A stretch of DNA of 64,000 nucleotides. It comes from Trichoplax adhaerens. Lineage: Eukaryota; Animalia; Placozoa. Made by a program: the position numbers and the translations under genes. Location of the stretch: assembly GCF_000150275.1 (NCBI RefSeq), contig NW_002060946.1, positions 987,562 through 1,051,561 on the forward strand. Direction: 5' to 3'. Below, in pieces: positions 44,331-58,062 of this stretch; the first letter of the stretch is position 1; each line of letters begins with the position of its first letter. Under the pieces are notes generated by a model, which saw nothing but the letters and a program-made list of their open reading frames with translations, was not told where the DNA came from and did not search any database.

Positions 44331-47300
44331 GGCCTCTGATAAATGATATCAAAGAAAAGGTTAGTAAATAGTATTGAATAATTTGTTTCTCTTCATTTTA
44401 TTATTGGATTCTGATAATGGATTTCCGATAATTCTTTGGCGCCCTCAGTGCAATAGCGTTGTTGTTTACATTACCATTAATATTATTTTAGCATATGCTT
44501 TGATCTAGGTGTTATACAATCATAGTTAAGATGCATAGTGTGTTTAAAAAGTTGTCATTTACATATTACTTTATACGTATGCATACTGTATCACTATGTA
44601 CATTACATTGTTTTGGTATTTCTTCCTTTTTTAGTACCATACTGTAGTTATGATTGTACTTGAAAGCAAAATTTTGTATATAGCAGTTTAGAGTTATATT
44701 TGTCAATTGCTAAATAGTTTACGGGTAAGTTACTGGAATACTCATCGATATCTAAACTTATAATGAATGTAAATCAATATTTTTTTAATAGCATTTCAGT
44801 AACTTACTTCATTTACTGCAAACTACACCATTTTATATTGCCTGTCTAACACGCTTGGTATCACTAATGGAGATTGACAGTAAGTAGCTGCCTAATTTTG
44901 GGTGATTTTTGCCGGTTGTACAGTACAAGCTACTAGATAAATATTTTACAGATCGGGATTTAATAGGTTGATTAACCTGTACCTTATAATTTATTTTATA
45001 TTTGTAGATTTACTTCACTTTGTCATGTTTACATTATTCGGAAATCAAAACAACTCTAGAGAGGAGCATCTTCTCTTATTAGTGTTTGAGGTAATATTAA
45101 AGAAACAAGCTTACATTTTCGACATAGTTAAATCGTATTGTTTTGATGTACGTAATGCAGGATAAAAAAGTTTTAAATCTCCTACTTATGCTTATGCCGG
45201 TTTACAACTTACAGAAAGCTTTCAAATTGGAATTTGAAGAAGCTGAAGAATGGGGAAGTCTGTTACGAGCAAACAATGCCTTATCACGTATGATGACAAC
45301 ATACACAAAGTAAGGAGAAGCAGCCATTTTTGTATTATTTGTAGTAAGGCGTCAAATATTCCGTTAAGTGTATAAGGTGCAGGCACAAAAAGAGTAATAG
45401 ATCCTAACCAGTGCTCTAACTGTTTTGTTCTATTCTAATTTGCATATGTGTATAAACATTCCAGACGAAAATTAGGCAAAGATTATCTAATAAGTACTCT
45501 CGCGCAAGTTATGAACGATGTTATTTCAGATCCGGATTTGGACTTAGAGATTGATCCTCTAAAGGTAAGTTTGACTTTTTAACTTTTGATTGCATTTTAT
45601 GTATGAAATTTAATGCTTGTTAATTAAAAAGTGTATCGTACGAAATTTAATCATCAGATTTATAAAACACTGGAAATAGCAGAGAACTTGGTTTCAACGG
45701 AAGAGGTGTGCATTCTATTGCTTACATGATTTTTCCCTTTGATTATTTAGTGCCGAAAGAGCGCACAAAATGGAATATTTGATGTATTTTACTTTGTCAT
45801 GATAGGCTTTATCATCTGAGGAAGTAGCGTCTCGTGCTCGAAAAAATATCTTTGGTTATTATTATTGAAGCATATTGCTTAACTGATTTGCTTTTACCTT
45901 GTTCATTGTCGTATATTATATTCCTTAAACGTGTATACATATATCAAAATTGGAAGATATTTCTCTGCGATTTATGAACTGTATAATAGCGTCTATTGAT
46001 AGAATACCATACGGTATAAGGTGGCTATGCAAATCTATAAAATACTCCATTAAAGTAAGATAATAAAGTTTGATCTTTGATAAAATTATACCTTAATACA
46101 TTTTTTATAGTAGTCAGCACTTATTACATTGAAAGTAATTATTATATAGGAGAATTTTCCAAGTGCCTCTCCTCAAATCATAACATCGTTAATTGGGAGC
46201 TTCTTCTTTTTAAGATTTGTTAATCCTGCCGTCGTTACTCCTAAAGGTTTGCTATTTTAATCTTCTTTATCAAAAATTTATTTATATATAATCATTTTGT
46301 TCCTTTTAGCTTATGGAATAACTACGGAACCGATATCTCCGAAAACCACTCGAAATTTAACTCTGGTACGAACATTACTTCGCCTTTAACTAGTAACTGA
46401 AATTGTTACAATTATTTATCATTTCGATATCGTATTCTAGATCGCCAAAATTTTGAAATGCTTAGTTCACGCTACCACAGTTAAAGAGTCGTGTATGTAT
46501 CCCTTACAATCTTTTATTGATCAGCACCATGATCCTCTAAAGGTACGGTATATTTTTACCTTACATCTTTCGATTCATTATTAACTTCCTTTTGGAAGTG
46601 GTTTTAAGGTAAAATCTAAATTTGATAGGTATTCCTGGATCAGTTATGCGACGTTCGAAATTTTCATGACAACATTGAAGTACGCTTCGATAATAGATAT
46701 AAGCACCTTTCAATTTAATGTATTTACGTCTTCTCAAGTTATTGATTCTGATCTTCAAATTAGATGGAACAATATCTATCTCTTTCTCAAGATATTATTG
46801 TAAATATAAGACTGAGCGAATTGTACGACTTACATAACTTACTGATATCTTATCGATCAAATCTGGTAATTGCCTCATGCATGTTAATTATTTAAATCTA
46901 AATAATTATATTATATTGATTTTAAATTATCTACAACACATATCATTACCACAACATGTTTAGTTGTATGAAAATTATTTAATTTACTTCAGATGGATGG
47001 AGCAAATGATCGGTTAGATTGTATATTGACTGATCTCGGGTCGGCCTCAAAATTAGATCCGACTAATGACGAAATTATTTCCATAAAATTAAGTAGCCGT
47101 TGGGAACCTTTTACAGGTATTGCGTATTCGGGTATGCCAACAATAAACGGCAGTTTTATAATGCTATGATATAAATTGCTAGCCGTAACTAAATAGCTGT
47201 TGATATAATCTCAATTCATAACAGATATAAAGAGAATTACGAAAATGTATTCAGAAAATGATATTAAAAATTTTGGGATTGCAAAAGAGAAGTTAAAGGA

Positions 47301-49018
47301 TGTCCTATTGAAATTTTTTACAGAGGTGCGCTACAACGCATGCACGATTCCTAACTTTCATTGAAGCAATTAAAAGCTTCATTGTGCTACGTAATTCATG
47401 CTCAAGTTGTTTAACGTAATTACCGTAATTAATCGATTAACTATACGCCTATAATGCAACAACTAAATGTGTAATTAACATGTTAACTATGGTATTATTT
47501 ATACGTCTTGTGTCAAGGTTCCTGAAAGTTTTAACAAATCTACTTTAGAAGATGCTATCTATACAGTTATAAATAGCAAAATTCCGGATATGGCTCAATT
47601 AGCAAGCCCTTTGCTTGAAGACATTCATAGATCACGCCAAGAACATATTGAACATCCGTTATATTCTAACCAGTATTTTCATCAAATTAAGGAGGTATAA
47701 TTCATTTGCTAGATTAAATACCTGCTATTTGTTGATCTGTACCGTCTGTATCTCGACTTAATCAAGAAGGCTTATTTAAACGCTGTAATTATTTTCTGGT
47801 CGTACTAGGAATTAAAGGTAATGCTATTGCAAGAACAATGCGTAGATTTTGAAGTAACAATTTTGAGAGATGTTTATCAGGTTTGACTCTAGCCTTAATT
47901 GCTTAGATGTTCGATTACAATTGATTCTATTATGTCGTCTAGACCTTTATAATATTAAAATAACATTTAGTGTATTAATAGAGTAATTATTGATTTAATT
48001 CCATATGTAGTCGTTATGTGAGCACGGAAGCTTTCTGAAGGAACAGCTCAATAGTTACAAAGGTATATTTATAAACAATTATTAATCATTGTTGAAATAT
48101 AAAAATTTTTCTATTGATCACAGAGAACAATTTGCATAGATGTGATAATATAGATCTATGTTATTATATATTTATTATTATAGAGTATTTACAAAATACA
48201 AGAAAAGCTGTTGTGAGCAAGGTTTCTGAATGGTTCTTACAATGACGATTTTCGTATTGAGTTATATGCTAACTGTAATATTCCTCGGTAAATATTTAGT
48301 TTAATCCGTATGGAAAAGATGAAAATTATCAAAATGAAAATTATATCAGTCCTTATCGCTGTTCGCATTTGCAATTGTTAAAATACAGAATTATTGTCGA
48401 CATTGCACATGAAGATATGTACGTATTTTCTACATTGGACGTGATTTTAAGTAATTTACGTTGTTAGCTTATTTTCATATGAACTGTTACATTTTAACAG
48501 AAAAAATAATGGCTCTGACCTCTGGTATCTATTTTCTTCGCCAAGTCCTGGCCATTTTATAATTACTTTATTAGACGAAGGTAATAACAATATTCTAATT
48601 TATATTGTAAATTTGTATTTATCATCAGCTAGTTGTGTGTTGACCAAGTGTCTTATTTGGAAAAATATTAAAGTACATTTCAGTTTATTAGCATTTAAAG
48701 ACGCTTTAATGTATGATTTCAGTAGATTTATGAGAGCAATTTTCTGTTACAATCTAGCCCAATCTAAAAATCTCATTCAGATTAGCGTTACTCTAGAAGA
48801 ATTACTGGAACTGCTTTATATAAGAAATTCGGTAGGTTGCATTACCTTCTACCTTGCATTTTTTAACTTTATAACGTCATACATTTGCAGTCAATATTAT
48901 TTGCATGGGGTCAGATAAATACTGTTTGTTATTCGTATGCGTATATTTTAATTCTGTTATTTTAATTATCCATATATTTGTTTCATTGTAGTCATGTATA
49001 AGAAATGAGTTTTCATGA
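44331..49018 (+). CDS. Ras GTPase-activating protein, Gap1/Sar1 (IQGAP-related) type with RasGAP and RasGAP_C domains; ~20 small exons, 5' end unresolved
   Basis: Manually spliced, phase-consistent exons (44331-44359, 44792-44879, 45008-45090, 45215-45309 and onward) read [57 protein letters not shown]...[20 protein letters not shown]...[12 protein letters not shown]...[10 protein letters not shown]...[17 protein letters not shown]...RNLTLIAKIL...[10 protein letters not shown]...[11 protein letters not shown]. The last exon and stop are tentative. Confidence 0.88.
45846..45938 (+). other. U12-type (minor spliceosome) AT-AC intron in the RasGAP gene
   Basis: 5' end ATATCTTT, branch-site-like TTCCTTAAAC at 45921-45930, 3' end TAC. 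Removal restores the frame ([17 protein letters not shown]). Confidence 0.75.
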
Positions 49019-52000
49019 GGCTCTCATTTAGCTATGAATGACATTCGAGATCGCCAAAAATTATTTATAATTTGTAATTATCTTTTGCAATCGATATGAG
49101 ATAACACCAATAATTATACAATAACTAATGTATATCACTCCGTGAGCTGACTGTGTGTGATGCAGACGCCTGAGATCGCTACGTCTTATAATTAATTGAA
49201 AACGGGGTAGTAAATAAGATGGGATGTTGATTATCATTATAGACTTTTATAGAAGTCTATACGAGTTTACAGGATTTTTATCACGTCATAGGCATACTGT
49301 GCCTTATATCAGTATTGATAGCATACATTTATATCATTTTTCATAACATTTCTATAGGGTACGGCTGATATCTTAGTAATTCGAATACAAATTTAATGAT
49401 CTTGGTTAACACTTAAGTGTAATAGTTCACTCTTACATGACTTAGTGAAAGTAGCAAATAGGTGGCATATTATCATCGACGAAAAATTATGCTACATATT
49501 AGAAGGAAGCTGATGTTAGTTTGTCAGGGTTGTAACTAACTGTAAATATAGCCATTTCTAAAAAATCCATGCGAACAAATTAGTATTTTCAATCGTTTTA
49601 TGAAAGTCATTATAGTACTAACCTTCAATGTATTTGAATACTAATAATTATTTATCACTTTTTTAATGAACAACCTCCTATGAATTATTACTGTCTATCG
49701 CTTTTTATAGGATAGTTTTATTAATTATGAAAATTGTTTTTTAAGTAATAGCATTGAATAGTAGCCTTTGCAATCTGCCAGGGAGTAATAGAGCAGCGAT
49801 AATAACATACAAAAATTGAGCGATTATTAATAATGAATAGTGGTAATGAACTTTATTATCTTTAATCTTTTATACCCTGGCCCTTCCAATATACGCTTTG
49901 TTTACATGAAAACATGCAAAATCCAAGCTATTAAAAATACTGTTACGAGAAACAATTGAGCTACAAAAATACTGTAATTTTAATGAATGAATCTTTCGAA
50001 CTGTCTGAGATATTTCGTTTGCTTAGTGTACTAATGATAGCTATGATTTTCATTACGGGTTGTCTTAAAGCAATTTTGATTACTATGTAAACCGTTAAAT
50101 TATCTAAGCTACTGTCTATCAGCTTGGGGTAAATTATGGCTATCTAGAGACATTGAAAAAAAAAAAGTCCTTTTACTCTATTGTTAATACTTGCATTAAA
50201 AATGTCAAGTCCACCGAGATTGCCTGTGCAAAATGCTATTGTGATACATTATATTTGCACACAAAAATAGTTACAATACCTTATTTTAAAGAAATAATGG
50301 AGAGGAAGGAAAGGAAATGTGTTGCTACTGTTTGAATGTAAGCAAGAATGAAATACGACAAAGGAAATAGGACAGACAATTTTGTTTAGGTTATTAAAGT
50401 AATAAAAAGACATTTCTTGGGGATAGGTAAAGTATTTTCAAGTAGGCAGAATTTGTTTTATAAATATAGGGAATTATATTGAATTCCGATAATAGACTTT
50501 TATTTCTAGCATAAAAGAAATGTATATGCTTCTCATGCATTTTGTCACACAACAATAACAGTATAATCGTACGATAATCATGTCAATGCAAGGCTCTCGA
50601 CGTAAAAGAAAACCTGCATAAAGCGCCCATTAAATATATTCAATTTTGAACTATCGTTCTACATCAGTCTAGTTGTTCATGGCTGTGATGACGATGTGAC
50701 GATGTTGTGTTTATTCTTCGGATAGTGAAAAAATTGATGGCTTGTACTTACCACGAATCGGATTTTTGTTTCTTAACATATCGACTTAAGATGGACAGTA
50801 TTTTGATAGCGTTATAAGTTTTGTGCTAGGCTTAGTTGGTTGAGATTTCGATTACAGTATTGGAGGAAGTTAAATGGTGTAAAAAGAGGAACATTGCAGG
50901 TTTAAGGTACTTAATGCATATAATGTATACGGATTTTATATCTAAACAAGAGTTATGAGGTACGGCGTAAGTGATTTAAAATGTTGTCTTTGACGTTTTT
51001 CAAAGTCTCATCAAGTTAATTTTTTTTGCTTTAGACGTATGAGTATTAGCTACACACAATATGTGCGTATGTATCCACAACAGAACTGCTAATTTGTGAC
51101 TGCCTCATTTCAACTGTTTTTACGCCACAAATTACAGTATATGGATTTTTAATGATGTATTCTAGTAGTTTAAAAGTTGCAAATTATTACTGACAGAGTT
51201 CTAATTTCACAAACAATTGATAAATTTATCAATCTTCGTGCTGTGCTACTTGGGTATGCAGTAATATCATTTGGTTATGTGTTTTTCGTTATCAATTTTA
51301 CGTAAAGTGGATCCATTAAATTACTATTAAATTCTCTATCCTTTAAATTCGTATCACGTCACGCAAAGTTAAACTGTATAGGTCGTATTAATTTACCAGT
51401 AGGGGAAGTTTTTACTCATCACAATTAGCGCGAGCAATTTTCGTTGCTTCTGTTCGATTTTACTGTGACTGTAATTACGTTCGCACTGTATACTTGGGAA
51501 TGATACTTTCATTTGATTCTCTCGTATTAATGCCATAGTTGTACCAGACTTGTGATTTTATGCGTATATCGATTGACCGTTTTATTCATTAACAATCCGA
51601 AATATTACTAGCTTCATAATCTATTGGCGATGATGCAAAAACTGCGGATACAGTAGTGTAATTGCTCTATTGCATGCAGTACAATGATTTCCCTTTAATT
51701 AAAGGGCGTTAGTGCGTTTTTAGCAAGCTTACGGTACCGATCTGCAATATTAGTACATCTACTACTGTATACTATAATATTATAATGTATTCCCTGTACA
51801 GGACAGCAGAGACCTCTTACTCGTATGCCAGAATATTTTGAACAGTACTGTACGTGTAAGTCTGTGAGCTAAACATTACAGTACACTAAGGTATGTAGTT
51901 CAATTACTATAGTACTGCACTGTATGGACAGTATGCTGCAAAACCAGGATATAATATAATAGTACAGCAATTATGCTACTGATTGTTTTCTTTCAAGGTA

Positions 52001-55000
52001 AAAAGCTAGCAGACATCATACTGCACTCAAGTCGGCGGACTGCTGGCGATACATCATGAATCCATGATTCATGATTAAATAATGTAATAATAATTATTAA
52101 TGATAATACGGTACTGTTGCAGTGTTTTCTGAATAGCATATACATACAGTACACTAAGTTCGGCTGGTATACTGTACAGTACTCAGTAGAGTAAAGTAAT
52201 TAGTAAATACTCTGTATAATTGTACGTATACATATACTGTATAGTGTACTTTATGCTATACTCTATACCAGAGTCACGGAATTGGGTATTTAGTATTACT
52301 TACAACTCTTTGACAATTGTAACAGCAAAAATTATTAAAAAAACCGATACTTTTCATTCCATCGGTACAGTGGTCAACGACGTTGTATTGTAGTAAAACA
52401 CTGACTTGGCTTCGACTCATGATAGCAGTAGCAAGCGATGTGAGCTGACGAGCAGAGGCTAAATCCACAGCTGATACTGATACAGCAGTTGCACAGTGTA
52501 AAATGCACACCTGACGCTCCTCGTACTACAGTACAACGCAGTACTGTATTTATTATAATATTATTTGGGTTATTTCATCTCTATTGCACATACAGTACAG
52601 TAATAGTGATTTGGCTAGTTCGAACTTCTGCAGTTTTTATGCAGTAGTAATTCATAACTTTGGGGAAAAAATAATATTACTAGCGTATATGTATATTCTA
52701 TATGAATGGCGAATATTTAATGAATCATTACTGCTTTACAAGATACAATGCTGTACTAGTATTCATGGGAGCTGATTGATACGTTTTGAATGCTCGCGAT
52801 CTCGAGTCCGGATGATGCAATATAACCTACCATAACATTTTATTTTGATGTTTTTTTTGTACAGTATATGCGCGCTTTTGTTCTTGTTTACCTATTGTGA
52901 ACTGCTAAAAGAGTCCATCGATGAAAGAGTCTGGTCAATTTCATTGTAATATCATTACTGTATGATTTTAATAATAGCGGGTAAACTCTACTGTACAGTA
53001 CTTGTACAGTATGGTGTATAGTGTACGGTACTAGTCATAAAGGATATCTTGCAAGGTAAATGTATAGTAAGCACGTAGACTGCATTCTTTACTCGGGCAA
53101 TCATCTTTATAATGGAAATATAACGTCATTTAATTTTAACCTTAGCATTTAGCGTTTAGTATTTACCGCAACGGTGAGAACTGCAGGGACCCTACTGTAC
53201 TACTGTACTGTTTATTAGCCTGGTAGTCTCCTGACCGTTTCAAATATGAAACTGAAATTATCCGAATTTAAAATTAAAATTAAGGCTGCAATACAGTACT
53301 GGGTAACTTTATAGTGCAGTTTTGGTGTGAATTCAACGATATGCATACATGGACAAGTAGTTTGGTCATTGATGGAGAGTGCTAATGTAAAAAACGCATT
53401 TGCTGTAAGTCTAAAATCCAACGACCTGACATGATGACACCATTCGCTGTTTTCGGCAGCCATTGTCCTAGAATTGCCATGGAGATTTAGGAAGCCGAGC
53501 CCAGTGGGAGGAGACTATAGACAAAGCGGCAGTCGTAGGAAAGGCCTGCCCCGCCTTTTTTTAATTAATGAATTTGAAAAACTTTTTCCTTTATTGTTAT
53601 TTGCATCACAGTTCATCGTTGCTCAGTGAATTAATTCACACCGGATGTAGAGGAACAAAGAGAAATAGCGGTGCTATTGCAGTGCTACTGTACCAGTGTA
53701 GTACAGTGCTAACTAAAAACTTTTTACTGTACGATATTTGAAGTTTTGCTTTAGCGTCGTATGGACTGTGGACGTATGGATGCCTATTTTATGACAGTCT
53801 TCATCATTCTTGTTCTCAATTCTATAAGGTTCCGCGATATGCTGTACGGTACTGTAGAATGAAGATGAAAATGTACAGTACTCTGCAGTAATTTAGTAAT
53901 GCACAGATCTGTATCGTTTTGAGGCAAGTTACTTAGTGTTATTGTCTGCTACACTACCGCAACGCGCGGCGATATGTACGACTTACGTATCTGGAAAATG
54001 GTTGATTAAAATATGCTATTTCTCTAAATTGCGAGCTCAATTCTTCATGCTTTCTTAACGACCATAATTTACTTTTATGCCAGCCCTATTAGAAATAGAA
54101 ATATTTATAGCAGTCTAGTGTGCAAATTTTATGTGATACTGTCATGGGCTACTAGATGTACTTCATTTGATTGTCTATGATGCTGTAAATATTAACGTTA
54201 AGGCCTGGAGTTAGATGTCATAGCTGCATACACTGGTAGTGTCTCCAAAGCTTAATTTATCGATTTATGGACATATTGTATGACTTGGAGTACTGAATGA
54301 ATGATAACGAATAGGTTTGGGAACTATCATTATTGTGGGGCTCCTAAAAACTGATAAAGTAATATAATGACTGACCATTGTCATGCCACGATTGGAGTCA
54401 GTTTGCGCTATCTGATTGATTTAATTAAATTTCTGACATAAGTATGTGGTAAACTGTATGGCAAATCATATTATTAGGGATTTGTGATCTAGCAATGGTT
54501 ACTATGATGATATTTTCTTTTTTAATCGACTTATGTGTTCATGCTCTTTGATATCTGCTAGTTAAGATGTTGTAGCATAAGCAAGGTTTTAATCGACAGC
54601 AATGCCTGAGTTTAGTCATGATCTCCCGTCAAGTAGTTTTACAAACAACATTACAATGATCAGTTAGCTTTGGTTGGTGTAATGTAGGTTACAAGGTGAC
54701 GAGCTCGTAAATTTGATATGTAGCTTATAAGTAATTTGAAGCGATACTATAATAAGGAATACGAAAAGGCGATCAATCAACAACGCGTAGAGAGTTAAAA
54801 CAATTATTATTATAACATTTCTGTCATTTTCACCCTTATATTTTAGTGAAGAAAATTGAGTAACAATTTTATCCTGAAATAAGCAAAGAAATATGGGTTA
54901 ATTTAATTTACTGCATTTATTGAACTCCATTCTATTCCTTATCATCTGTTTTACAGGTGCTGGATTTGAATGGATTGGTAACTTTGGATGGAAAAAGACT

Positions 55001-56639
55001 GTTGTTATTTTTATATAAGCATTTTATAAATGAGCCTCATAAATGACTATTCTAACAGAAATCTATGAATCATTTTAGTGATGAATTGTTTTTATTAATT
55101 GGTCATTGTGATCATTTTATTTTATTATTTTTGCAATTTTTTAAAATAAGAAAGGATTTTTAGGTATCATCTAGTGGTACTGTTATGTACAGTGCTGTAA
55201 AGCCACAATATATATTCAGTAAATAATGTTGCTTGTCAACGAATAATGCTTCAAGATTCAAATGGTACTTACAGAGTTCTGGACGATAACAGATTTGCAT
55301 GCCATTAGAATGTAGAATCTATTTTAAGGATATTATATATTGTTGGTAGTGCACCTTACTTCATGTAGCATTTAGCCTTTTATTTGATAGTTATTTTTAA
55401 GTTTAGGAAAACAGTTTTTAAACTTTTAGATAAAAATGATGTTGTAGTGATGTAGAATCTGATGTGCGAATTTGAAACAAATTCACTACAGGCTAATTCG
55501 CGGCTGTTCATTTATTTATTTTACGATTTTCGAAGATTACAATATGTACAGCGTACAGTACATGGCAGAAAGTAGAAAGCCTGACTGTAGCAATCAATCC
55601 AGTGCGGTAACTGTTTCCTGCACATATGAACACAGAATACAGCAGTGCATATAGTAAATTTGCATTTGCATGGCACCGCTAATCATGAAGATGCACTCCT
55701 CGATGAACTGTAACAAAGACGGGCTTCATTGTACATTACAAGAAGTGCAGATTGCGAAAGTTAATTCCATTTCCATTCCGTACAGAACTTTTGTGCGCTA
55801 GACCTATATTGTACGGTACAGTATAGTACAGTATACTAGTATATTTCTACAGTATAGACAGTTATGGTTAGGGACAGGGCTCTAAGGCACACTTGTACAG
55901 TAGTAGCAGTGCAGTAATGCTTTAGCAGACGCATCGATCAGACGATTATTATTTTTATTATGGCATTGTTCCTTTTTTGTTGTATTTTTTAAAAGTTATT
56001 TACGATTCTAATTATCACGTATAAACGTTTAATGTACAAATCATATTAACTTGGTAATTCCTGATAACTTCACATGCGCGTATCTGAATTATTTTAGATA
56101 CTATATTAAATTATTATTTTCAATACATCGTCTTGGCACTAGTGCTGTTCGTGATATGATTTAGCAGATCAACGAATTGGCAGTACATTTACACTTTATA
56201 GTATTGAAATTAATTGACGTTGAATATTATTAACTGCAGTGTACAGTATTACGATATAACATGATTAATGTACTCATACAGTACAGTATATTGCAGTATA
56301 TATACAGTACTGTAGTACAGTAGCTTGTAGAATTGGAAATTCAACAATGTATGATTGTAGCTAATTGTACCCATGCTAAAAATGGAACTGTACATTGTGT
56401 ACATTACTGTAAGCTATTTATTCTAGGTGGTTGAACATTTCGTTTTTAAGTCCTAAATCATAGATTGAATGTACTTATGAAGATTTCCTTATGCGTTTTA
56501 ATAATTTCATTTTAATTTCTTGAACATTTTGGTTGGATCATTACAGTACAGTATTGTACTCAATGTGTTTCAAAAGTCCTCCTTGGTGAAGCTAGCCCGC
56601 TCATATCTCGCCTAATGTACACTTTTGAAGTTGTGTAGT

Positions 56640-57022
56640 GTGCGGTGTTCAGTAATTGTGCACAGTGGCACGCGGTACTGGCATACTATTGTACTGTATG
56701 TTCTGGTAGTAGTGTACAGTATACAGTACAGTTGTACTGTATAACAACATATCTGCTGAATCACATACTTTACACTGTACTGTACAGCAGTAAAGAATTT
56801 GACTTCATTTCTGAACTCACTGTACGAATGTACAGTACAATACACTGTAAAATATTATCATGTTACAGTGAATGACCACAGCACTGTACAGTACTGTACT
56901 GTAGAAGTGAATCACGTAGAGTACAATACAGTACCGTACTGTGGTAGGAACAGTACAGTACTGTACACTAGTGATGTAGCGGGTGAGCCTTACAGTAAGT
57001 AGTGTACGTACGTACTGTACTG
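56640..57022. repeat. TACAGTAC/GTACTGTA-rich low-complexity block upstream of SoxB1
   Basis: Dense CAGTA/TACTG words in both orientations, e.g. CACTGTACAGTACTGTACTGTAG and CAGTACAGTACTGTACACTAG. Confidence 0.75.
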
Positions 57023-57269
57023 CGATATTGTGATCAGCCATTGATTCCTGCACCCAATTTGGATCTGTAGTTGTAGGTCCTCCAAATCATACAAACTACG
57101 TTCTACTTTTCAAAATGATCAATAAGATAGTTTGGAGAATGAATGTACAACGTACGTAATTTGGATATGCCGTTGTAAAATGGATGAATAAGCTGTCGTA
57201 GATGCAGTTGAAGTTGTAAAGGAGAAAAATGCAGACAATACAAGCAAGAGAAAAGAAAAAAGCATTTCA

Positions 57270-57700
57270 CTCTGGGGGTGATTGATTGGGCAAAGGGGTA
57301 CTCTTTACTGCTATTGTTGTAGGGTCATTAATAGTTAATGTGAAGATGTGTCAATCAACCCCCCGCCTGCATGTAAACAAGATTGCACCTGCAGGCAAAA
57401 TTAATCATCTTGTCAATGAGATTCAATTTCCTCTGGGATCAGAATACCGACAGCTGACTGGCGTTGGCGGCGGTTGATTTGCCAAGCTGACAAGTGCATT
57501 ACCCGCCTCCTCGACAATAAACACTTGTCTCGACTGTCATAATTACGGTAGTGACATGAGCAGTACGAGTATCAGAAATACGCAACATTAGTTACCGTTA
57601 ACGTTGATTGGCTGGCGTGCTTGCTGATGGCCAATCAACGTGTCGCATAATCATCCATCAGTACTAAGAAAATTACCTTACCGAAGGGGGAATTCACACG
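57270..57700 (+). promoter_or_regulatory. GC/CpG-enriched SoxB1 proximal regulatory region with CCAAT boxes
   Basis: GATTGG/CCAATC at ~57284, 57606 and 57631; GC-box-like CCCGCC at ~57362 and ~57502; E-boxes CACCTG and CAGCTG. Confidence 0.5.
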
Positions 57701-58062
57701 ACGTCTTCAGGCGTAAGACCGTTAAATCCAAATAACTCAAGGCAGCAAAGCGCGATTTGCCGTATTCTATTTTCTTCTGTACTGTACAGTACTGTAGTGT
57801 TGTACTGTACAATTGCCGACTGGCCAACGACTTGGTCAAGTAGTTTAAGAAGCTTACGGTACACCTCAATACAACATACATCACCACCACCACTGGTAAA
57901 CACTATTGGTACCGCGTGTTGCTGGAGCTGATACATTTTCCTTTTTTTGTCCAGTTTTTTTTTTTTTGGCCATTCTCGGTAGTGGTTGTTATTCTTTCAC
58001 TACCGCACACCCTCGCTCCAACTATATTAACAGCAAGGACAGAAGAAGAGAATTACCGTAAG

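Noticed and set aside
46497-46505. GTATCCCTT resembling a second U12 donor
   Set aside because: It lies inside an open, family-consistent exon ([12 protein letters not shown]) that ends at a normal donor downstream.
48222-48299. Apparent premature TGA (48243-48245) or frameshift in the RasGAP C-terminus
   Set aside because: Resolved by a 78-nt GT-AG intron (48222-48299); the next exon reads [26 protein letters not shown] in frame, so the gene is not a pseudogene on this evidence.
52053-52075. 10-bp hairpin ATCATGAATC-CAT-GATTCATGAT
   Set aside because: AT-rich, short and isolated; plausible by chance or local slippage in 64 kb.
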